Shown here: piece after piece, positions 24,619 through 38,100 of the stretch
Numbering within the stretch: position 1 is the first letter of the stretch
How the letters are laid out: each line of letters starts with the position of its first letter
Assembly: GCA_964234715.1 (NCBI GenBank)
Contig: OZ174290.1
Strand: one strand, 5' to 3'
DNA from: Podarcis melisellensis
Lineage: Eukaryota
DNA: 64,000 bases
Made by a program: the position numbers and the translations under genes
Notes under the pieces: model-generated
Seen by the model: only the letters and a program-made list of their open reading frames with translations
What the model was told of the DNA's origin: nothing
Database searches by the model: none

Positions 24619-25238
24619 CCAAATTTTTCGCACCATAGGACGCACCGGACAATAGGACGCACCTTGTTTTAGAGGGGGGGAACAAGAAAAAAAATTCTCC
24701 CCCTCTCTGCCCAGCGCCCCTTCAGTGAAGCGGCAGGAGGCGCTGCGCAGAAAGGGGAAAAATTTCCCCTTTCTTGTTTTCCCGCTTTAAAACAAGGTGC
24801 CGTTTAAGGTGCATTCAGGCGGCTACCTTGGAAGCCTGGAGAGCGAGAGGGGTCGGTGCACACCGACCCCTCTCGCTCTCCAGGCTTCAGGTTCCTTTCG
24901 ACCTGCTCTTTGGGGCTGGCGGGGGGAAGCCCACCACCAGCCCCAAAGAGCAGGTCAGGGAGCAGCGGAAAGGCGCAGCGGAGAGGCTGCTGCCATAGTC
25001 GCGCGTCACCTCTCCAGCTGGGAGAGGGTCGCGGGGCTATGGCTTCTTTAGCCCCGCACGCGCTCTCCCAGCTGGAGAGGTGGCGCGCGGCTAAAGAGGC
25101 TCCTGCTATAGCCACGTGTCACCTCTCCAGCCGGGAGAGGGTCGCGGGACTATGGCGTCTTCACTCCATAGGACGTACATACATTTCCCCTTCGTTTTTG
25201 AAGGGGAAAAAGTGCGTCCTATAGAGCGAAAAATACAG
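24619..25238. mobile_element. pogo/Tc2-like non-autonomous DNA transposon containing an array of GC-rich hairpins
   Basis: TIRs CCAAATTTTTCGCACCATAGGACGCAC / GTGCGTCCTATAGAGCGAAAAATACAG, TA TSD, CpG-rich interior. Confidence 0.88.
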
Positions 25239-26394
25239 TATATGCATACTGAACAGTCACAACAATTTTTCTATTATTTCAGCCAGAACCTAGTCCTTAA
25301 AAGAAAGAAAAAAGTCCATGTAAAACCTATTTCCTGGAAATGTAAAGTTAGGACCAGTGTACAATTTAGATGTACCACTGAGACCCCAAATACAATCAGA
25401 TTCTCTAAGTGTGTTTAGGATCTTGCTCTTAATCAATCAGGTTTAAAAGCGGTAGCACAGATTATCGCAAGTGTGTCTGCATGCACAATGCATATGTGTG
25501 TGTGTATGTATGCAAGAGAGGCCTAGAAGCATGAACTAGGCCTAGGAGAAACACTGTTAATAAAGCCTGATAAAACTACCGGTACCAATCCCAACAACAA
25601 TTCCGTATGTTCTGTTCTGCTTGCAGCATTCAGATTTTATCTGTAGTTTTGCAAGCATTAATGTACAGTATTTGAGGAAAGTATTTACATACTGTCCCCA
25701 TGCTGCCACACTTGGGAGACAGTCCAAAAGAGTTCCTCTTGAGACATTTAATAGCTAATGCATTGCAACAGTACTTTAACAGCTTCAGTTGTGGATTTCT
25801 AATCCTGAGCCCTGAACTGACAGCTTGCCACATGAACACAGCATACAGTGCAAAAAAATAAAAACCCAGCAAAGTATTGTACGTAGGTGAGAGAGAGAAA
25901 TGGAGAAAAGGCATTCCTCAACGAAGTCACAAAATGCATACAGAGTTGGTTACTGAACCATTTAAAAAGGCTTGGTCAACTGACAAACTAAACAGTGAAT
26001 CTTTGACCAGTATTTTTAAACCATTAACTTTATTAGAACAAAAGAGGTACTTTAATAATCAGCCAGCTTGATGCTTGTGCTGTTATAAAAACAAATATAT
26101 GCAAACATAGCCAATGAAGTGTACCCTGGCTAAATTGAAAAATGACACCATCTAGTACACCTAGAATTATTCATCAATTTCCACACTCCACAGTGGATCA
26201 GTCAATCAAGTTTCAGAAAACAATCATGGGCAGAGTTGACACAAACTCCAATACAGTATTATGTTTCTTTCATATTAAATAGAAGTGGTTTCTCAAAGTA
26301 AGTGAGATCTAGTCTCCCTCCACTGCTGTATCCAGACTAAGTTCTTCTCACAGTTACACAGGAATCTTGCATATGCATTCTAGAACTCCAAAAA

Positions 26395-26520
26395 TGAAGA
26401 ACATAAGAACCTGCTGGATCAGGTGAATGGTTCACCTGGTCAAGCATTCTCTTCTCACAGTGACCAAACAGATACAACAAAACTGGAGTGTAAGATGCCC
26501 AGCCTCCAGGCCAGCTCCCC
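26395..26520 (-). mobile_element. CR1-type LINE 3' UTR fragment
   Basis: aagaacataagaacctgctggatcagg...cattctcttctcacagtg is the reverse complement of the terminus seen at about 2240-2302. Confidence 0.6.
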
Positions 26521-27671
26521 AAAATATAGCCCCTCCCCATAGAAGAATGAAGAGGTTGCTCTTTTACACAAAAATATGGGGTGAGGGCTTTTCTCTATAG
26601 CAGGAATAAAGAACATCCTTGGCCTTCTAGATGCTGCAGACTCCAAATCCCATTAATTCCAGCCTGCATAGCCTATGGAAAACATTGAAGTCATCCTGCA
26701 GAATCAGACCAAAGGTCCACAGACTCCTGCTCTCAACAGTAGCCAGAGAGATGCTTCCAGCATGTCCAAAAACAGGGCAGGAGAGCAGCAACCTGCTGCA
26801 GTTTGACCCCACCAACTGGTATTCAGAGGTAACCTGTCTCTAGACATGGAGTTTCAATTTGGTTAATAGCTACTGTGAACCGCCCTGAGATCTATGGGTA
26901 TAGGACAGTATACAAATCTGAATCTGAATAAGAAGAAGAAAGCCTTATCTTGTTCTATGACTTTGTCTAATCACCTTCTAAAACTATCTGGAAGATCAAA
27001 AATAGTCCCTCAGTCCTAGAAAGATGTATTTAAATATGCACATATTACATTAGTATCCTTGGGCAGCTGAAGCAGCTGACAAGTCACAGCATTCTAGGAT
27101 ACATACCAGCAGCAAAGGAGTGATAGAGGGGAATGGGTATGTGGCACTGGCAAGAGAGCTGGCAAGAGTCATTGCCAAGTACATACCGTTTTTATGTGGT
27201 GAAATAATAAAATGTTAGGCCATAAATTCTGGGCTACAGAACTACGCATCCTTACAGACAATGAAGGGAGGGAGATGGGTCTGCAATTGCTAGCTACAAA
27301 CATCATGTATCATTATTTTGGTTGGTAATTTAGAAGCAGAGCAGCACCATTTAATTTTATTTTTTAAAATACACCATTTGGAAAACATTTGTAAGATGAA
27401 ACATTTAAAAATTGGGTATGGGTATGCTAAAAACATGTACACAAACACACAAATGATTACTGCATGGAAAATGTCTGTGTAAAATGCAGTCACAACAAGC
27501 CTACCAGTGCTGAAAATGACCCAGGCATGTGCATGACTGTATGCACACACAGTGTAAACGTGTGGATGTGTGCATTTGCATCTTCTGGTGCAAAAAAGTC
27601 CCCCTCCCAAGGGTGCTTTGCAAGGCAGAAGAGTCCATTAAGGCTACATGCAGCTACAGTATGAAGGCCTG

Positions 27672-27732
27672 TTTACCCCTCCTTCATAAGTGCTCCTGCT
27701 GCACACTTTACCCCTCCTTCATAAGTGCTCCT
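27672..27732. repeat. Local direct duplication of 26 bp
   Basis: tttacccctccttcataagtgctcct at 27672-27697 and 27707-27732. Confidence 0.9.
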
Positions 27733-28726
27733 CATAAGCATGCCCCCAGACTCTGTAGTGCCAAGCCATGCATGGTCTTGGCTGACCTATGGTCCATGGA
27801 CAAGGCATGCCACCCACTATGGCAAGAGCTAGAAAGGAATGAGCAGAAAGACACATGGAGAGCAGTTCCAAACAAAGCCCCCTACTCTGACGCAGAGCAG
27901 TAGCACTTGTGCTGTGCCTCTGTAAAACTGAAGTATTCACATGCAATGAACCGTGCTATGAACAGGTGAGCAGCCTTTGTCATATTAGAATTAACAGCCT
28001 GTGTCCAATAGGATAACAAGACTTTCCAGAATGACAGAATAATTTAGGGAGGGGGAATCTCAGGCTTGAATTTCAGTGCACCACCTCCTCCATCTGGCCT
28101 TCTGCAATCTCCTTATGGCTCTGATATATCAGCCTATCCAAAAGCCATGGGAAGCTTCAGCCAAGTTGAAGGTTCAAAAGGTAAGATGAAGCTGATGGTC
28201 AGAAGGCCAACTTGTAAGCAAGGATATATGTGTGCCCAGATATGAGAATGAAACCTCTTTTGTGGATAATAGTGCATTTGTATTCATGGAAGAGAGTGAC
28301 AAGTGGCCAATTAAAACTTTGAAAGAGTGAGTCTTAGTTAGAGGGTATTCATTCTATTTCTCATTTAATAAATTACATGTACATTTATACTGTATGTTGT
28401 AACAGATACAAAAGCAGCTTTAAAATGTACTTCCTGCTCTAAAGCCCAATGGAAAAATCAATAATGTTTCTATATTTGTGGGTTAGACAAAAAAACCCCC
28501 AAACAAACCACGCTCATAGCAACTTTCTGGTGATATGAGGGAAGGCCAGGTGACATAAAGGTTTTGAAGATTTGATGTCCAAAATACATTTCATACTGGG
28601 TAGCTTTTTTAAATTGCAGCACAGACTAATAATAATAATAAGATCCAGTAACTAACAGCACAACCATAGTAATGTATCTGTGCAAGTGGTGACTTGATAT
28701 TTTAATGATCCATAATAAAGGAAGTT

Positions 28727-29084
28727 GGGGACGCGGGTGGCGCTGTGGGTTAAAGCCTCAGCGCCTAGGACTTGCCGATCGAAAGGTCGGCGGTTCGAAT
28801 CCCCGCGGCGGGGTGCGCTCCCGTTGCTCGGTCCCAGCGCCTGCCAACCTAGCAGTTCGAAAGCACCTCCGGGTGCAAGTAGATAAATAGGGACCGCTTA
28901 CCAGCGGGAAGGTAAACGGCGTTTCCGTGTGCGGCTCTGGCTCGCCAGAGCAGCGATGTCACGCTGGCCACGTGACCCGGAAGTGTCTTTGGACAGCGCT
29001 GGCCCCTGGCCTCTTAAGTGAGATGGGCGCACAACCCCAGAGTCTGTCAAGACTGGCCCGTACGGGCAGGGGTACCTTTACCTT
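28727..29084 (+). mobile_element. Sauria SINE, full length, young (CpG-rich)
   Basis: ggggacgcgggtggcgctgtgggtt head, ggttcgaatccc B box, (accttt)n tail, 14-bp TSD taataaaggaagtt. Confidence 0.95.
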
Positions 29085-29403
29085 TAATAAAGGAAGTTAG
29101 TAATAATAATTTGACTTCCCTTTTAAGAGAGAAAGTCCCTTAGTCAGTTTTTCAGAGATCTGCCTTCCTGTTAAACAGTATACAGTAAGTCATAAGGTGA
29201 CAGTTTTATTGGTAAGCACATAATTTTTAAGGCTCACACAGTAGACTGTCACGGTGATACAAATTTCTGTTCATTGTCATTTTAATTTTAAAGTTGTGCT
29301 TTAAACATTTGATGTCTGACATCGGGCTTTATGTAATTTGATTGCTGTTAATTCTTAACAATTTAATGTTTCAACCTGTGGTCTTAACACAATATCAGCC
29401 ACC

Positions 29404-29562
29404 CATGGGTGTAGCCAGGATTTATGTTAGGGGGGCAGGATTACTGGGGAGAGGCAGAACCCAGCTCTCTGTGACACGGTTTGCCAGTTTTTAAAGTATT
29501 TTTATTTATTTACTTGATTTAGAAAGGAAAGCTGCCCCCCACCCCTCTTGCCTACACCCATG
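29404..29562. mobile_element. Small DNA-transposon MITE
   Basis: TIRs CATGGGTGTAG / CTACACCCATG with subterminal ggggggcag / ctgcccccc. TSD not convincing. Confidence 0.65.
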
Positions 29563-29655
29563 CTATCACTAGCGATGTGGGGGAATATGGGATGAAACAG
29601 CTGTAAGATGCTCAATGGAAGAGAAGAATCTTTGCCATTTGCTTAAAGACAGAAA

Positions 29656-29674
29656 GATGATGATGATGATGATG

Positions 29675-29713
<39 letters not shown>

Positions 29714-29820
29714 TATTATTTATACCCCGACCTTCTGTCCAGGCTTCCCCAGCTACCCTGGGAGGCTTCCAACAAAATATTAAAAGACCGTAATGCATCA
29801 AACATTAAAAGCTTCCCTAA
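29656..29820 (-). mobile_element. L2-like LINE 3' end with compound (GAT)n(AAT)n microsatellite tail
   Basis: (gat)7 followed by an (aat)n run, then attatttataccccg...ccccagctaccctgggaggcttccaacaaaatattaaaa. Confidence 0.75.
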
Positions 29821-30825
29821 GCTAAGTGCATCAATTGTGGAAGAAAATTCCAGAAACCAGTTGCTGCTGTAGAGAAAAGCTCACATTCACCAACTTAACC
29901 CCAGACAGAGGTGGGACACAGTTCAGGGCCTCCCATCCCCAAAGATCTTAGTGGTCAGGCACTCTCAAAAGGCAGCAAGTGGTCACAGATGCACAGAAGT
30001 GGTCATCACACGAACATGGTAAGTGAAATAAAGTGGAGTTAGAATCAACTTTGGAAGTCCAAAAAACAGAGATGCGCTTATAAGTAACAGGGTAGTTTTT
30101 TTTTTAAAAAAAATAGTTCTCTGGTTGAAGGAAAATGTTTGCCATTTTATATAGTACATATATGGATACCATCAAAAATCAGGTCACAAATACCCAAAAG
30201 AAACCTGTGAAAGCATGAAGTCTCCTAGGAGCTAATTGAGAGAGAGTAACTTTACTTACTGTTGTCCTCAGAAGAGAACATTTCAATTCCCTACCCAGCT
30301 TTGTTAGGATGTTGCATGACTCTAGCAACAAAGTGAGCAGCAGGCTGGGAACCCATCCATCACTTAGTTCAGACTCAGCAAGGGTGCTCTTTTAAAGAAC
30401 TACAGAAGCCTGCTAAAGGTTTTCACATATGAAGCATAGCTGTAGACAAGTGATAAAAGACTAAAATCATTTAACTTAAAATATTTTAAAAATATTCGAG
30501 ATCAAGATACTTGAGGTAAGAATTAAAGGAGCTTCTATAGTCACAGAAAGAATTCATGCAAGACCCCACATACAAAGCTCAAGGAAGGTGTGGAATCCAA
30601 CAAAAGGACACCCACAAATTACAGCATGCATGTATCAGACTTTCAGTGTCCTTCTCAGAAGTTTTTCTACCAAACACATTTACTGTATAAAACTAGGTAC
30701 AAGTGACACATGAGTCTCTGGATCAACACCTAAGGCTTTGCAGGGGATTTATTCGAGAAATGTGAATGTTTTCTGATATCCATGATCTTTAGATTTCTTC
30801 CAATATGTCAAAGTGACTACTATTT

Positions 30826-31135
30826 AAAGAATCATATAGTTGCAGAGCTGGAAGGAACTCAAGGGTCATCTAGTCCACCCCCCTGCAACGCAGAAATCTC
30901 AACTAAAGCATCAGGGAGGCTACAGCTTCCTCCTTACATCAATTATTATGTCATCAGGTTGGACCCTCCTTTCCTTTTGGGTGATGGCAGGCAAAGTAGG
31001 TGTTCAGCAGTTTCATGTTCTCTCTGTCACCCAACAGCATTCCCCTTTTTTCTCCACACAGAGGACCTACTTGCGTGTTCTTTCTCTTGCTTTGAACAAA
31101 GCCGAATAAACCTTTTTGGTTTTTATTATTTATTG
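30826..31135 (-). mobile_element. CR1 LINE fragments (3' terminus plus ORF2 piece)
   Basis: agaatcatatagttgcagagctggaaggaactcaagggtcatctagtcca is a CR1 tail. The minus-strand peptide KNQKGLFGFVQSKRKNTQVGPL...MLLGDRENMKLLNTYFA resembles the CR1 ORF2 linker. Confidence 0.75.
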
Positions 31136-31513
31136 TTAAATGTGATTTATTACAATATATAGTGATCACAGGCTTTCTCCAGAGTTCCTTTGCAGGTTAA
31201 GACAGGATAGGGAAGGAAAAGAACAGCTGTAAGACAAAATTTCAAAACTCTAGCTAACACCATTTACATAGGAATGCAAATGAACCTAGCTGCTTATGGT
31301 AAGTAAAAATTGTGCCCAGCAGACCATGCAGCCTTCCTTCTAGAAAGATGGGAGCAAGATCAAGGAAAGCATAAAGACGAGGCTAGGAAAAGAGAATAGA
31401 CTGCCTCAAAGCAGATCCTTGAGTACTTACAGGTTTGATGGAGTTGGTCAATCACAAGCTGGCCAAGAGCAGCATTAGTTCCCAGTAAAATAATCATATC
31501 TAATAATCAGAAG

Positions 31514-31906
31514 CAGTGTTTGAAACTCCAATTGTTCTAGGCGCATTTTGCGACAGGGAATTTCATTAGCACGAACAGTTTCTGAGCTCTGGGTGCAGTA
31601 CTGCGCCTAAGATTTCAGATTAAAACTGCTGAGTGGAAGGTAAGGAGGACCTTTTTTCTGCTTCACCACTTCTAGATACTCTCTGAACACTGGAGAAGAG
31701 ACCCTCTTAAGAATATTAGGGAGGTGGTCCAGGGAAGGACTAGACCAAGGGGAAAATGAACATAATATTTTAAATGCAGTTCATTCATTTTCAACTCTGT
31801 ATCCTTGTTATAAATAATTGTGCCTAGACATTCCGTTGCTACACCCATAACCTAGGTTTAAGGTGCTATTTAGCTCCAAGCTTTCATATCTCAGTTTCTA
31901 ACACTG
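31514..31906. mobile_element. hAT-type non-autonomous element (CAGTGTT-GAAA TIR family)
   Basis: TIRs CAGTGTTTGAAACT / AGTTTCTAACACTG, perfect 8-bp TSD atcagaag. Confidence 0.85.
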
Positions 31907-32544
31907 ATCAGAAGAGGGGAGAATCCTTTTCACTTTTGGAATTGCAACTCTGCTTTTGACATACACACTCACATATAGAAAAGCAAGACAATGGCAGAAA
32001 ATATCACCTATTCTTTCCTGGGAACATTCAAAATTTACATAGTTTATACTTAACAACAAGCTATGCTTTTTTTTTTGTAGGAATGTGTCTGCAAAGCCTC
32101 AGGCTCATGTACACACATCTTCCTGCACATGTGAGACAGTCAAAAGGTTTCATTCTTTTTGTAAATTGTTTTGAGTTATTTTTTCTTAGGATCAAGTGGT
32201 ATATAAATTTTATAAAATAAAATAAACAAAACACCAAGCACCATTCCCCGTTTCATCCAGGCTTAAAAAACACAAGGATCAGACACTGGTCCTGCTCCTT
32301 TGCTGTTACAGCTAAAGTGTAAACGTAAGTATTACCATGTCAACTCTTAAGGGTAGCTACCACACTGAGACAGAACGAATACGAGAGCCATGTGCTTAGT
32401 CTAATACAGCAGCAGCAAGACAACTGCCACTGTTTCCCCGCAGCTGTGGGAATCAATTGAATGGAGCCTGCCCCTGTGCTCAGCATCCCAGCAGCAGGAA
32501 CGAATTTACTACATCTGCCCTTGGCCTTGACAACTTTAAAATAC

Positions 32545-33075
32545 ACTCAAAAAAATCCAATACAAAATAAAATTAAAAACAAAACAAAACAAAAATTAAA
32601 AATAAACCCAATTTAAGCTAAAACTGAATTGAGCACACTCTTAAAACTCTTAGGCATAACTTGCTACACTACACTGATCATTTCTGTTCAGAGTTTCCTT
32701 GCAACTAAAACACATAGTGCTGTTCTGTATGTTACGTATTGGTAAGCATCTTCTAAGAGAAAACAGGTAATTTCTTGGTCAGGGTAGGTTCCTGCACTAG
32801 ACAAAGTATTTGTCAGAAATGTTTCCCTTGGGCCAGCATATAATGGACATTTCAATACATAGTGGATTACATTCTCCACCTTTAAATTACAGGTGCAAAT
32901 CCCTGGCGAAGCTGGTATCTGTCTGAATATGTAATCCAACATGACATAATCTGTAGGCAGAGAAAGCATCCCATTGTGGGATAGGGTGAACTATACAAAA
33001 AATGATGGTGGCCTCCTAAAGCTATCCAAACATACCACAAATTAAATGGCACAATCCTATGAGTCTGCCATATTT
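32545..33075 (-). mobile_element. Non-LTR retrotransposon 3' end with C-terminal CCHC motif (RTE-X/L1-Tx1-like)
   Basis: ORF 32688-32969 contains ICTCNLKVENVIHYVLKCPLY (CxC-x4-E-x3-H-x4-C-x2-Y), followed by a T-rich tail on the minus strand. Clade uncertain. Confidence 0.65.
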
Positions 33076-33199
33076 TACAATCCATCTACAGAAAAGCATG
33101 GAAGGGTGAAACACGAGCCAGGGCAACACAGTCTCGGGACCACTGTTTCTAGCACATGTTCAGATTACATGAACTGGAGGATGTAAACAAAGATGGCAG

Positions 33200-33625
33200 G
33201 ATGATTAATATAGGGAGGCAATCTCAGTCTGAAGTTTGTTGGCCCCAGGCTGTGAAGAGGTTTTATAAGTTAAAAACAATACTTTGAATTGGGTCCAAAA
33301 GCACACTGTAGCCAGTTGCAGTTGACAAAACTGCAATTGTTGATACCTGCTGTAGGACCTTAGGGTGCAGGGCAGATAATAAATAAAAATCAAAAGTCAT
33401 TCGTCAGGAGATGGGGTGTAGCACTGTGCACAGCTGAAGCTGTCAAGTCATCTTCAAGGGCACCCCAACATTTCAATTCTCAAGCTTATATGTTAAAACA
33501 GGGTGGCAAAATCCCTGCTCTTCATGAGGGGACGCAGGCTGCACAGCAGATGTAGCCGACAGAAAGCTGCTTTAGAGACCTCAGAAACCTGCTTATCAAA
33601 GAGCAAGACAGGGTCCATCCAGACT
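33200..33625 (-). mobile_element. Degenerate L2-like LINE fragment
   Basis: Minus-strand peptide QLQL..VCFWTQFKVLFLTYK resembles the L2 'LHWLP...FKVL.L.YK' motif. Confidence 0.6.
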
Positions 33626-34884
33626 GACATGCCTTGTGCCTGCTAAGCAAAGATTAAGAGAGAAAGAGAGAGACCAATGAGATCTTTTGCTTAAAATAGA
33701 CAGTTCAGCAGTGCCGACCAGGAGAGATATATAACGCCAAAGACTCTCTAATTTTATTTGAAGACTATTTAGTGGTCTCTTTCATGATAATCAGCAAAAT
33801 TATAGCCATGAAATGTACGAACTGCTGCTGGAGGGTGGGCTTGCTTATGGAAACTTGTGTTAGCAGTTTACTTAACTCTCGCCTCATCTATTGGTTTCCA
33901 ATGATTAAAGATGACCCCTAAATTCAAGTATGAAAGTCAGAGTCTGGGTTTGGTCAAGAGTTGGAGGGAGAGGCAGCCCAAAAGTACATACCCCCTGAAA
34001 TTCAGTCATGTCCAAACAGTTACCGGGTACTTCAGTTTCATAACACCATTGTAAATCCTGGTTTGTTCTCAGACAGGTAAATTAGAAAGTCTGCATTCCC
34101 AAGAACAAAGGTAAACAGCTCCAGGACATCTTGAAAAAAGGTTGTCCTTCTGTAGGGACTGGAGAATATTTGCAACTACACAGATACACAAACACACACA
34201 ACCCTCTATGAGAATGTTCAGTGACATGCTGCTGGTCCAGCTAGTAAAAGGAACATTTGGAGGGGAACATATCGTTGCCCTGTTACCTGTTTCCTTTGTG
34301 TTCCCTTGCAATAAATTCCAGCCCTCAAGAGCCGGGAGTAAGATCACAGTGTGAGCAGCCCCCTGCTCTGTAAGTCTTTTGCACCCTGCTCCATTTAGCT
34401 AAAGCTGGGAGACAGGCTAATGTCCTAGCAGCTGGAATCAATGAGTGGCTGTTGCTCAGTGCAGCCCATGGTGCTTTGGGTCTCTTTTCTTCAGGTCCTA
34501 GAGGCTGGAACAATGAAAGGAGGGCTGGGCAAAAAATATAGTGCAGCCCCCTCAATAGAGCTACTTCTCTAACTCAGGAGAGACCATTTGAAACCATCCT
34601 TTTATAGAAGAAAACAAAAGAAAACATGGAGTGTTCTCAGCAGAACTGAAGCCCTGCAGTATGGTTGGTCAAGAGCAGTTGGGTGAGTTTTCCTGTGGAA
34701 GAGTCAATTGGCAACTGAACCTAACCTCAAAGAAAACTGAATGCCTTCTTGTCTCCATGATACAACTGAAATTGTTGGCAACTTTTTTTTTTTTTGCCTG
34801 ATCCGGAATGACTTCAGTGAGAAACAAGAATGAGAAAAGAAAAGTGATTGGATTGATTCCCTGCTTTTCAAACACACAACACTG

Positions 34885-35112
34885 AGGAGAGAGCCACACT
34901 ATATATTTAAAGCACATTCAATACACATTTAAAGCATATCTTCCCACAAAGAATCCTGAAAACTGTGGTGTGTCAAGGGTGCTGGGAATTGTAACTCTGT
35001 GAGGCGGGGGGGACGGGGACGACTGCTATTCCCAGGATTCTTTTGGGGAATGAGGCCCTGTGCATTAAATGCATGTTGGATATGATTTAACTGTATAATG
35101 TAGGTCTGCCCT
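34885..35112. mobile_element. Old palindromic MITE (possibly Harbinger-type)
   Basis: Imperfect inverted arms (cacatttaaagca / tgcattaaatgcatg; aaagaatcctg / caggattcttt). Confidence 0.55.
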
Positions 35113-38100
35113 GAAAAAAATAAAACTGTTGATTAATGGCGCTACAACTGTGAATTTATGCATTCTCTCTCAGTTCTAATGAACATCAATTTATTTTCAG
35201 CAATAGAGTAACAGTCCTGGATATGATGCTTACTGAATATTATGTTGTACTAAAAAGGAAGTATAAATTCTTAGTAGTATGCTACTTAGTAAACCTTCCC
35301 TAACTTAAAGTTCACTTTCCAAAACATAGGCACTCTTTTTCCATCTTTACTAAAAGACAAATGATTATTCTAGAAGGGCATATATGGCAAGCTGTAATAC
35401 ATTTACCAGGACTGTTGGGTTAACATATGGCCACATACTCAATCCAATTTAAAGTATGTTCACCTGGAGGGCAGATGAGGATTTTTTCTTATCAGATCAG
35501 CGATTGCTGTCACTCTGGCTCTCTGCATCATAGGTCACAGAAATACTTTAACAAGCCTTCCTAGAAACGGGCATTCATTGCTCCTTGGCTAAGCATACCC
35601 CATCTACCACCTTTTATCAGACCTTCAACATATCTAGCCTGATTCAACATATGCTCCAGTCACTGATGGATGTCAACTCCCACTACACCATCCTTTTACT
35701 TGCAATGTTTAAACACTGTCAAGATAGTGCTCAAGGGTGCACATGTGCCTATAGAAACCTCCCTGGTGCCCTCTGGGTAACTCCTCCCCTCCAATGAAAT
35801 TCGGCTTTAAAGCAGCATTATGTCATAGCCAATATAGTAAGTTGCAGAGCATGGTGCCCATGACAGTTTATCCAGTTTGATGGATAAACTGGATGGACCT
35901 CAAAAAGTTGGCAACCCCTGACTTAAGTTGATCCAGCAGGTGTCCCACTCTTCAGAAGATTTCCTGCTTTATTTTATTGCTGATGGTTTTGATGATGGTT
36001 TTACTGTTATTTTATTGGCATAGTTGTATAAATGTTTATATTGTACAAAGTCTCAAAATATTTAGTAAAACAAATTATGATTAGCCCAAGGCTGCCAAGT
36101 GAACTTCATAGCTGAGCAGGGATTTGAGTTTGGGTCACCTTTGTTCTAAACCAACTTTGCATCACTGCACGATGGGTTAGATTTATCAAATCCCAGATCA
36201 GAGCTTCTCAAACTTTATACACCCAAGGCTCACTTGGGATGGCTAAAAATATTGAGGCCCACCAGTCACAAAATAGTAGTGCAGTAGCAGGACCAGTCAC
36301 AGAATAGTGGCAGGTGGCAGTAAGGCTTAGCTAATCAGCTGGCAACTAGACATAACTTTCTACTATCATCCAACACCATTTTGGAAATTGCCAAGTTCTT
36401 CACCACAAGCAATTTCCTTGTGTAAATGAGTTCCGTAAGTCATTTTTCTTCCAGCCAAGTATAGACATTGGCTCTGGAAATATTCCACCTCCCCAATTTA
36501 GGCAGAATTTCCTGATTCACAGACTCTAAGGGAAGAAATATTTTCATTTAATTATTTCCCTTCCCTGCACCATGCATCAAAAAATGTTTTTACCTGTCTC
36601 CTGACATTTCTTTCACACTTATCTTGTAAATATTCCCAGCCACCCCAAACTGCCAGCTTCTTTGATCTCTCCTTCGTGGTCCCTTTTCATTCACTTCTTT
36701 TTGGTAACAGCTTTCTTTTCTTATGCCAGTGTTTCCCAAACTTGGAAACACACCCTCAAACCTATTTGTTGCCAGACCACCTTTAGTCAGCATGCAAGGA
36801 GTTCCTGGTGTTGGCACTGCTGCTAGACTAGAGGGTGGGGTGGGCAAGCAAGGAGGCCAGTGAGACTGAAAGTGGTCCAATGACTACATGAGGAACACTG
36901 TCCTATACCCAACAATGGTATCATCCAAGGGGCAGAATGTTGCTAGGAGTTAGTTGCTATTCTAATCAATTTCTCCACAGCGAAGCAAAATAGTTGTGCC
37001 TGACAGCGGGGAGGAAACATGACTGTCTTAACAAGGACTGTCCGTTATAACATCTTTTTCAAGCTTTCATTGATACTCTCTTTAGAGTTAACACTGCATT
37101 GGGGGAGGGACCCTTGGAGTTGAATAAAACAGGGTCAGTGGGTTAACCCAGACTCCTACTACACTCAGAATTCAGGTACTGTATATATTGAGTAACAACT
37201 GGTCTCCCAGGAGGCTCAAGTGACTACCATGCTGAAGAGAAAATGTCACGCCAGTGATTACACCCCGCAGTGCTGTGTCTCTCCGGTTCTCCCTCACCTC
37301 CTCACTTTCTAATCCACTTCATTTAGTACTTTAAATTCCTGACCAATTAGTTAAAAAAACAAGTTTGTGACCACCTCATGACAACGATAAAACACAAAAA
37401 ATAAAGAATGCTCTCAAAGAGTGGAGAGAGGGGAAACTTGATTGAGTGCCTGCCTCCTTGTGTTTTTATAGGCAACACCTGGTCATTTATACTGAGGAAA
37501 CAGAGCACAGAAAACATTTTCAAACAAATTGGACTTGATAAACAACAAAAGCAATTAAAAATTACCTAGCCAAGATTGTTTTAAGATGCTAATTTGATAT
37601 CAAATACTTTCTCTCTCACCTGCCTGTTCCCCAGGCAAATCCTTAAATCAGAACCAGGCAATCAGTATAACCCAGGGTCAGAAATGACCTTCTATTTAAA
37701 ATTTTTCAGAATGGTAAGATAATTATTGTTCAAAGCAGAGTTCTTGTGCATAGAGAAAACAATAATCTCTTTCCATCATGATAGATAAAATAGATAGATT
37801 AGATTAAAAACACTTTTAAGGTCACCATATAGATACATTCTAGGTTAAATAATACTTCAATCTTACAGAAACTACTGGAAAATGTACTCTGTGTTGGAGA
37901 AGTTAAGAGAACTTTGAGCACATTAAAACAACAATTATTTCAATTATTAATTCCCAAGATCCAGAGGTTGCAACAGAAGTAATATGAAACCAATCTAAAT
38001 TTGTGCCATAGATATCCCCCACAACCCTTTACCAAAAGAGATCGGGTGACTTTATTTTTCTTGATACTAAACCTGCTCCTTTCCCTTTTTAAACCAATAC

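Noticed and set aside
24831-25157. CRISPR-like array of palindromic repeats
   Set aside because: Eukaryotic intron, no unique spacers, units alternate in orientation, no cas genes.
24774-25224. Several overlapping GC-rich ORFs / possible CpG-island promoter
   Set aside because: They lie entirely within a TA-flanked TIR element. The openness is due to GC-rich palindromes.
29615-29872. ORF with poly-Met/poly-Ile
   Set aside because: It is the translation of the (GAT)n(AAT)n tail of an L2 element.
35464-35560. Possible 97-nt poison exon on the minus strand (tttctag|GAAGG...CTCCAG|gtgaac) with an in-frame TAA
   Set aside because: Weak donor and short pyrimidine tract. Such pseudo-exons are expected by chance in 45 kb, and there is no transcript evidence.
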